Assembly: GCA_015059545.1 (NCBI GenBank)
Contig: SVAG01000002.1
Span: forward strand, 109,654-173,653
Length of the DNA: 64,000 bases
Direction: 5' to 3'
DNA from: Lactobacillales bacterium
GTDB taxonomy: Bacteria > Bacillota_I > Bacilli_A > RF39 > UBA660
Numbering within the stretch: position 1 is the stretch's first letter; every line of letters begins with the position of its first letter. The notes under the pieces were generated by a model. That model made no database searches. It saw nothing but the letters and a program-made list of their open reading frames with translations, and was not told where the DNA came from. Position numbers and translations under genes: made by a program. Shown in pieces: positions 58,784 to 64,000 of the stretch.

Positions 58784-58912
58784 ATTTTACCTCCTTATAA
58801 GTTTCTAAGACTCACCATTAAGGTACTTACGTTTTAACCTTTTCTGTGTGGTTGTAGAGTGAGGCCCTACACAATATAGAATTTTATCATAAAAGTTATG
58901 AAAAGTCAACAA
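58784..58912 (-). promoter_or_regulatory. rplU promoter (TTGACT, 17 nt, TGaTAAAAT) and a structured ~100-nt leader resembling the Firmicutes L21 leader
   Basis: The minus strand reads TTGACTtttcataacttttaTGaTAAAAT. The leader contains a GUGUAGGGCCUCACUCUACAACCACAC stem-loop. An AAGGAGG RBS precedes the start. Confidence 0.4.
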
Positions 58913-58914
58913 AT

Positions 58915-59643
58915 CTAACGTTTAAAATATCTTTTTAATACTTCTTTTTCAGTATAATACTTATTATCATAAAATATATGTTTATATTCTTTTTTCATTT
59001 TATTTAATTTTATCCCTTTTATAATTTTTTTACGTTTAAATATTAAGTCATAATTATATCTTTCAAATAAAAATTTATTAAATATATATTTGTGTTCTCT
59101 ATATTCTTTTATTACTTTTAACAAGATAAAAAATATTATTATATATAATACCATATTTTTATTTTTTATTAGTAAAAATATTATAGTTAATATAGAAACA
59201 TATATAGTAAGCATATGACTTAATTTAAAATTAGTTATTTTATTTAAAATTATATTTAAAAGTTTAGATCCATCTAATGGTATTATAGGTAATAAATTAA
59301 ATAATAAAAGTGAATAATGATAGTTTGTTATTAAAGTACTTTCTATATTAAAAAAACATAATATAAAATAAAAAAGAATTTGAAATAAAGGTCCTAATAT
59401 TAATATTACAAATTCTTCTTTTAAACTTTTATTAATATATTCATTAAATATTGTTATTCCACCAAATGGTAATATTATTATTTTTTTTATATTCCATTTA
59501 TAAAATAAAGCTCCTATAGTATGTCCTACTTCATGTATAAATATAAGTATTGTAATATATATAAAATCTTTAAATAAGCCTGTTATTATTGAAAGAAAAG
59601 CTACTAAATAATAAAGTGGATGTATTTTAAATATATTCTTCAT
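58915..59643 (-). CDS. Site-2 protease family (M50) membrane metalloprotease, SpoIVFB-like
   Basis: The protein has the motif HEVGHTIGA within a TM helix, plus LDGSKLL. It lies directly upstream of rplU, as spoIVFB does in Bacillus. Confidence 0.6.
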   Translation of the reverse strand: MKNIFKIHPLYYLVAFLSIITGLFKDFIYITILIFIHEVGHTIGALFYKWNIKKIIILPFGGITIFNEYINKSLKEEFVILILGPLFQILFYFILCFFNIESTLITNYHYSLLLFNLLPIIPLDGSKLLNIILNKITNFKLSHMLTIYVSILTIIFLLIKNKNMVLYIIIFFILLKVIKEYREHKYIFNKFLFERYNYDLIFKRKKIIKGIKLNKMKKEYKHIFYDNKYYTEKEVLKRYFKR

Positions 59644-60232
59644 AATTTAATACTTTTCCATCTTTTTTATAAACTAAATATATATTTGTATCTTTAGATT
59701 CACCTACAAATGATCCTTTTTCTACATAATCATATAATTTTAAACTTGATGCATTTATGTTTGAATACCATATATCTATTCCATCTATTCCACTTATTAT
59801 AACAGTATTCCCATAATTTTCTTTTTCTCCAATAAATACTACCATTCCACTTTCTATAGTTGGTACTAAATAATTTTTAGTAACTGTAAGTTTAACACCA
59901 TCTAAATATTTTGATTTTTCAGTATATTCTAATTTTTCATTAAATACTGGAGTTGTTTCTTTTTGTATAATTGCTTCACTAAATGGTATAGGAGAACCAA
60001 ATTTATCTTTAAAAATTTTATTTATAGTAGCAAAATTAAAATTTTTAGTAAATACTTTTTCATAAAATATTGTCTTTAATTTTGTATTACTTTTAAGTAA
60101 AATAAGAGTTGTTAATGTTAAGACTATTGTTAATAAAAACTTAGTTAATTTTTTAGAACTTTTTTTATTAATATTTTGTTTGTTTTTATTTCTTTTATTT
60201 TTTATTTCATTTCTTACTTCATTTATATCCAT
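59627..60232 (-). CDS. SpoIVFA-like protein with a degenerate LytM/M23 domain
   Basis: The protein has an N-terminal TM segment. Its C-terminus (GNTVIISGIDGIDIWYSNI ... YDYVEKGSFVG) resembles M23 but lacks the catalytic His. The ORF overlaps the M50 gene. Confidence 0.45.
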   Translation of the reverse strand: MDINEVRNEIKNKRNKNKQNINKKSSKKLTKFLLTIVLTLTTLILLKSNTKLKTIFYEKVFTKNFNFATINKIFKDKFGSPIPFSEAIIQKETTPVFNEKLEYTEKSKYLDGVKLTVTKNYLVPTIESGMVVFIGEKENYGNTVIISGIDGIDIWYSNINASSLKLYDYVEKGSFVGESKDTNIYLVYKKDGKVLNYEEYI

Positions 60233-60255
60233 ATTATCACCAATTAATAATATGC

Positions 60256-60744
60256 TTAATTCATTTTATATATTCCTTTTTTTCTTGATATTATATCTGT
60301 TATTTTATATATAATAATTATATAAATAATATTTATAATTAAAGAATTTAAAATACTATTTTTTAATAATTCTATATCTGGTTTTAAATAATTTATAAAT
60401 ATTAATACTAAGTATGTAGTTAATCTATAAATAATAATTGTTATTAAAGATATAAATATTACATTAAACCAATTATTAGTTATAACAACATTTATTAAAT
60501 GAATTATATATCCTATTAATAAAAAAATAAATGCATTTAAAAATAAAGTATCAGTATACCCTATATCATATAAAAGTCCTATTATAAAACAAATTATAAA
60601 ATAATCTTTTTTTCTATTAAATAGATATGGATATATTATAATTAAAGATAATAATGTAAAAAGTGGTATTAAAAAACTGATATTGATAATATTTGATAAT
60701 ATTCCTTCTAAATAAAAAGATATTAAAATAATAAATATTATCAT
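60256..60744 (-). CDS. mreD: Rod shape-determining protein MreD
   Basis: The protein is a 162-aa polytopic membrane protein. The ORF overlaps mreC by 4 nt. Confidence 0.6.
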   Translation of the reverse strand: MIIFIILISFYLEGILSNIINISFLIPLFTLLSLIIIYPYLFNRKKDYFIICFIIGLLYDIGYTDTLFLNAFIFLLIGYIIHLINVVITNNWFNVIFISLITIIIYRLTTYLVLIFINYLKPDIELLKNSILNSLIINIIYIIIIYKITDIISRKKGIYKMN

Positions 60745-61592
60745 TTATTTTCATCCTTTTTTAATACTGTAACATAATTTATATTATCAAAATCAACACT
60801 TGATTTTACAAGTACAGTTCTAGCTAAATCAAAATTATCTTTTGTTATTTTATCTACCCTACCTATTAATATACCACTTGGAAAATTATTACCTAGTCCT
60901 GTAGTTGTTACCATAGAACTTATGGGTATTTCTGTATTATTAGCAATTCCTTCTATAATAAAACTTTTTTTATCTTTATCATACCCTACTAATAAACCAA
61001 ATATATAATTATCCTCATCTACTTTTATTTTTACTGATATTTTACTATTTGTATCTGCTGTTGTAAGTAATTTTACTGTACTATTTAATTTAGATGTTTT
61101 AGTTACTATACCAATCAAACCATCATTATTAATAACAGCCATATCTTTTTCTATTCCATCTTTTTCACCTTTATCTATAGTTACTGTATTATACCAATAT
61201 CCTATATTTCTATTTATTATAGTAGCGTTCATATAAGAACTTTCGCTTAAAGTATTATTAAGTTCTAATATTTTTTTTAAATCATTTATTTCTTTTTCTG
61301 CTTCTTCATATTTAGTTTCCATTAATTTTACTTTATCGTATTTTTTTATTAATTTTTCATATTTTTCATATAATTTATGTTTTGATTTATATTCTTTTAT
61401 TTTATCATCTATATAATTTATTGGAATATTTATTGTTTTATTTATAGAAAGTGTTGTATCTTTTATAGTTTTTTCTATTATACTTAAATTTCTTTTATCT
61501 TTTATAATAAATGAAAATATAAGTAGTAATATACTTATTATTAAAAGTATCACAATTACATAATATTTTTTTATTCTTCTATTTCTAAACAT
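60741..61592 (-). CDS. mreC: Rod shape-determining protein MreC
   Basis: The protein has an N-terminal TM segment, a coiled coil and C-terminal beta-rich domains (NNDGLIGIVTKTSKLNSTVKLLT). Confidence 0.75.
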   Translation of the reverse strand: MFRNRRIKKYYVIVILLIISILLLIFSFIIKDKRNLSIIEKTIKDTTLSINKTINIPINYIDDKIKEYKSKHKLYEKYEKLIKKYDKVKLMETKYEEAEKEINDLKKILELNNTLSESSYMNATIINRNIGYWYNTVTIDKGEKDGIEKDMAVINNDGLIGIVTKTSKLNSTVKLLTTADTNSKISVKIKVDEDNYIFGLLVGYDKDKKSFIIEGIANNTEIPISSMVTTTGLGNNFPSGILIGRVDKITKDNFDLARTVLVKSSVDFDNINYVTVLKKDENK

Positions 61593-61600
61593 ATTACCTC

Positions 61601-62296
61601 CTATATAAGATTATTTTCAAAAAAACTATAGTAATTATCTCTTCCTATTATGATATGATCTGTTATAGATATACCTAGTATCATTCCTACTTTTATTAAA
61701 TTATTAGTAAGTTCTATATCGTTTTTACTAGGTGTTATATTCCCTGTTGGATGATTATGGATACATATTATAGATGTAGCATTTACTAAATATGCTTCTT
61801 TAAATATTTCTCTAGGATGTACTGTACTATAATTAAGTGTTCCAATAAATAGCAATTTATTTTTTATTACTTTTTTACTATTATCTAGATATACACAATA
61901 AAAATATTCTTGATTTTTATCTCCAATTATACTTTTAAAATATTCATATATAATTTCTGAATTTGTTATTTTTATATCATTTATAGTATCTACTTTTCTA
62001 TTTATTCTATTACCTAATTCTATAGAAGCAAGTAATGTTGCCGCTTTTATTTTACCTATTCCTTTTATTTTTATTATTTTTTCTAAATTAATATTTTTTA
62101 AATCATGAATATCATTTTCTTTTAATAATTCTAATGATAATTCTTTTACACTTTTTTCTTTTGTTCCTGTTTTTAATATAATTGATATTAATTCTTCATT
62201 ACTTAAGTTTTCTACTCCGATATTTAAAAGTCTTTCTATTGGTCTTTCTAAAAGAGGTAAATCTTTAATTTTTGTCAAGTAATACCAACTCCTCAT
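61601..62296 (-). CDS. radC: RadC-family (UPF0758) JAMM-motif protein
   Basis: The protein has a helix-hairpin-helix region and the JAMM motif HNHPTGN. Confidence 0.8.
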   Translation of the reverse strand: MRSWYYLTKIKDLPLLERPIERLLNIGVENLSNEELISIILKTGTKEKSVKELSLELLKENDIHDLKNINLEKIIKIKGIGKIKAATLLASIELGNRINRKVDTINDIKITNSEIIYEYFKSIIGDKNQEYFYCVYLDNSKKVIKNKLLFIGTLNYSTVHPREIFKEAYLVNATSIICIHNHPTGNITPSKNDIELTNNLIKVGMILGISITDHIIIGRDNYYSFFENNLI

Positions 62297-62726
62297 ATTT
62301 ACTTAGTATTTGATTACAAATTGATTTTATTATTTTATTATCTTTTGTTTCTGATAATAGCATTTCATATTGATCTAATACTGTTATAAAGGAAATATTG
62401 GATGTAAATATTTCTCTTACATATATATCATACCCTTCCGATTTAAAATAACCCTTTAATTTTTCTAAATTTTTTTCATTTTTTACTATTCCTACATATG
62501 AATAATACATATTGTTTTCTTTAGTATATATGTAATATGAAAAATTACTCATTTCTTTTTTCATTTCTTCTTCACTAGAAAATACACCAGCTTGTAAAAA
62601 ATACAATGTTTCTCCTGTTAATGATACAGTGTCTGTTTTAGCACTATATTCATTAAACATAAAATTACCCATAAAAAAACCAATTAATATACATAATACT
62701 ACTGGAAAAATATTTTTTAAATTCAT
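62265..62726 (-). CDS. Hypothetical membrane-anchored protein
   Basis: The protein is 153 aa with an N-terminal TM segment. Confidence 0.35.
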   Translation of the reverse strand: MNLKNIFPVVLCILIGFFMGNFMFNEYSAKTDTVSLTGETLYFLQAGVFSSEEEMKKEMSNFSYYIYTKENNMYYSYVGIVKNEKNLEKLKGYFKSEGYDIYVREIFTSNISFITVLDQYEMLLSETKDNKIIKSICNQILSKYEELVLLDKN

Positions 62727-62777
62727 ACTATCACCAGTTTTATTATATTTTATTAATTGGTAAAATTTTGTCGAATA

Positions 62778-64000
62778 TTAGTAAGATTTAGCAAAATATA
62801 CATCACATTTAGAATCTTTACCACAACATATACATTTATCTTTAGTGTTTTCACCTACTATACATCTTGATGTAGCATTAATGTCTTCTTTTATTTTAAG
62901 TTCACAATCTAATTCTTTACACCAAGGTACTTTTACAAATCCACCTTTTGTTTCTAATATATTTTTAAGTTCATTATAATCTTTTGTTTCATGTGTATTG
63001 CACTTTAAGTGTTCTAATGCTTTATTGTACATTTCATCTTGTATTTGATCTAATAAATTGGAAATAACATCTTCTATATTAGAATTTAATTCTATTGTTT
63101 GTTTTGTATAATCATTTCTTTTAGCAACTATTATTTGATTATTTTCTAAATCTCTTGGTCCAAATTCAATTCTAAGCGGAATTCCTTTTACTTCTGCTTC
63201 ATTAAATTTAAATCCTGGAGATTTATCACTATCATCTACTTCACATCTAATTCCTGCTTTTGTTAGTTTTTCATTTAATGTATTAGCAAGTTCCATTACT
63301 TTTTCATCTTGCATTTTTATTGGAATTATTTCTACTTGAATTGGGGCCATTTTTGGTGGTAATACAAGTCCATTATCATCACCATGTACCATAATAACTG
63401 CTCCTATTAATCTAGTAGATACTCCCCATGATGTTTGATATACAAATTTTTCTTTATTATCTTTATCTAAGAATTTCATATTGAATGCTTTAGCAAATCC
63501 CTGTCCAAAGTAATGACTTGTTCCTGATTGTAATACTTTACCATCATGCATAAGTGCTTCTATAGTATATGTTTCTTCTGCACCTGCAAACTTTTCTTTA
63601 TCAGTTTTTATTCCTGTTACCATAGGAATAGCCATTAAATCTTTACATGTATCTTTGTATATATTTAACATTCTAAGTGTTTCTTCTTTTGCTTCTTCTT
63701 CTGTAGCATGTACTGTATGTCCTTCTTGCCATAAGAATTCTGATCCTCTAAGGAATGGTCTTGTAGTTTTTTCCCATCTAACTACACTACACCATTGATT
63801 ATATAGTTTTGGTAAATCTCTATATGATTTTACTATTTTAGCATAGTGTTCACAGAATAATGTTTCACTAGTTGGTCTTATAACTAAATTTTCTTCTAGA
63901 TCATCTAATCCACCTTTTGTTACTACTGCACATTCTGGAGCAAATCCTTCTACATGGTCTGCTTCTTTTTTTAGTAAGCTTTCTGGTATTAACATAGGCA
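62778..64000 (-). CDS. proS: Proline--tRNA ligase, archaeal/eukaryotic-type, partial (N-terminus lies outside the window)
   Basis: The protein shows class II motifs and a C-terminal zinc-binding domain ([28 protein letters not shown]) ending in the conserved Tyr. The ORF stays open to the window edge. Confidence 0.8.
   Translation of the reverse strand, partial: PMLIPESLLKKEADHVEGFAPECAVVTKGGLDDLEENLVIRPTSETLFCEHYAKIVKSYRDLPKLYNQWCSVVRWEKTTRPFLRGSEFLWQEGHTVHATEEEAKEETLRMLNIYKDTCKDLMAIPMVTGIKTDKEKFAGAEETYTIEALMHDGKVLQSGTSHYFGQGFAKAFNMKFLDKDNKEKFVYQTSWGVSTRLIGAVIMVHGDDNGLVLPPKMAPIQVEIIPIKMQDEKVMELANTLNEKLTKAGIRCEVDDSDKSPGFKFNEAEVKGIPLRIEFGPRDLENNQIIVAKRNDYTKQTIELNSNIEDVISNLLDQIQDEMYNKALEHLKCNTHETKDYNELKNILETKGGFVKVPWCKELDCELKIKEDINATSRCIVGENTKDKCICCGKDSKCDVYFAKSY

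Noticed and set aside
1-64000. A prophage, integrative element or classical defence island (restriction-modification, Abi or toxin-antitoxin).
   Set aside because: There are no integrase, recombinase, methyltransferase, capsid, terminase or obvious toxin-antitoxin genes. The unknown ORFs are small and scattered among housekeeping operons. The only possible remnant is the DUF1016-N fragment, which I reported as a low-interest finding.

Overview
This is a very AT-rich chromosomal segment of low-GC Firmicutes type; the gene order resembles Bacilli, Erysipelotrichia or Clostridia. Almost every real gene is on the minus strand. Most of the content is housekeeping: tsf-rpsB, RNase J, mutL, recD2, mtaB-rsmE, trxA, cvpA, rnhC, murC, dgt, a short alaS-like gene, cmk, uvrA, a dcw cluster (mraZ-rsmH-ftsL-pbp2B ... 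murG-murB-divIB-ftsA-ftsZ), tcdA, nifS-like, truB, obg, trpS, rplU-prp-rpmA, spoIVFA/B-like, mreCD, radC and proS. The standout feature is five same-strand paralogous genes for modular type IV pilin-like proteins. Each has a class III prepilin signal peptide (MKNKKG|FTLIELL). Four share a near-identical ~430-bp module of promoter, RBS and 5' coding sequence. The C-terminal ~200-450 aa differ but all carry '(A/W)R(L)xTxxE ... YW(S/T)ST ... G(I/V)RP(V/A)I' modules that look like the DUF1566/Fib_succ_major lectin-like fold. Four of these genes are monocistronic cassettes, each bracketed by terminators on both sides and carrying its own extended -10 promoter; four copies (#1, #2, #3, #5) share the near-identical ~430-bp promoter/5' module. 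The remaining copy (#4) has a divergent N-terminus, has no such promoter, and its start codon overlaps the last codons of pbp2B in the dcw cluster. Two of them, together with a GGDEF cyclase and a pgsA-like gene, sit where murE-mraY-murD-ftsW would normally be. No pilus assembly genes (pilB/C/D/M/N/O) are in the window. Other notable items are a T-box leader in front of a dNMP-kinase-like/cmk/short-alaS operon, an AlaRS homolog that stops right after its editing domain, an S2 protein with a Rho-N/SAP-like C-terminal tail, an RNase J with a degenerate HxHxDH motif, and a Trx/Trx-DsbD/polysaccharide-deacetylase module next to pilin copy 5. No rRNA, tRNA, CRISPR array, transposase or prophage was seen.
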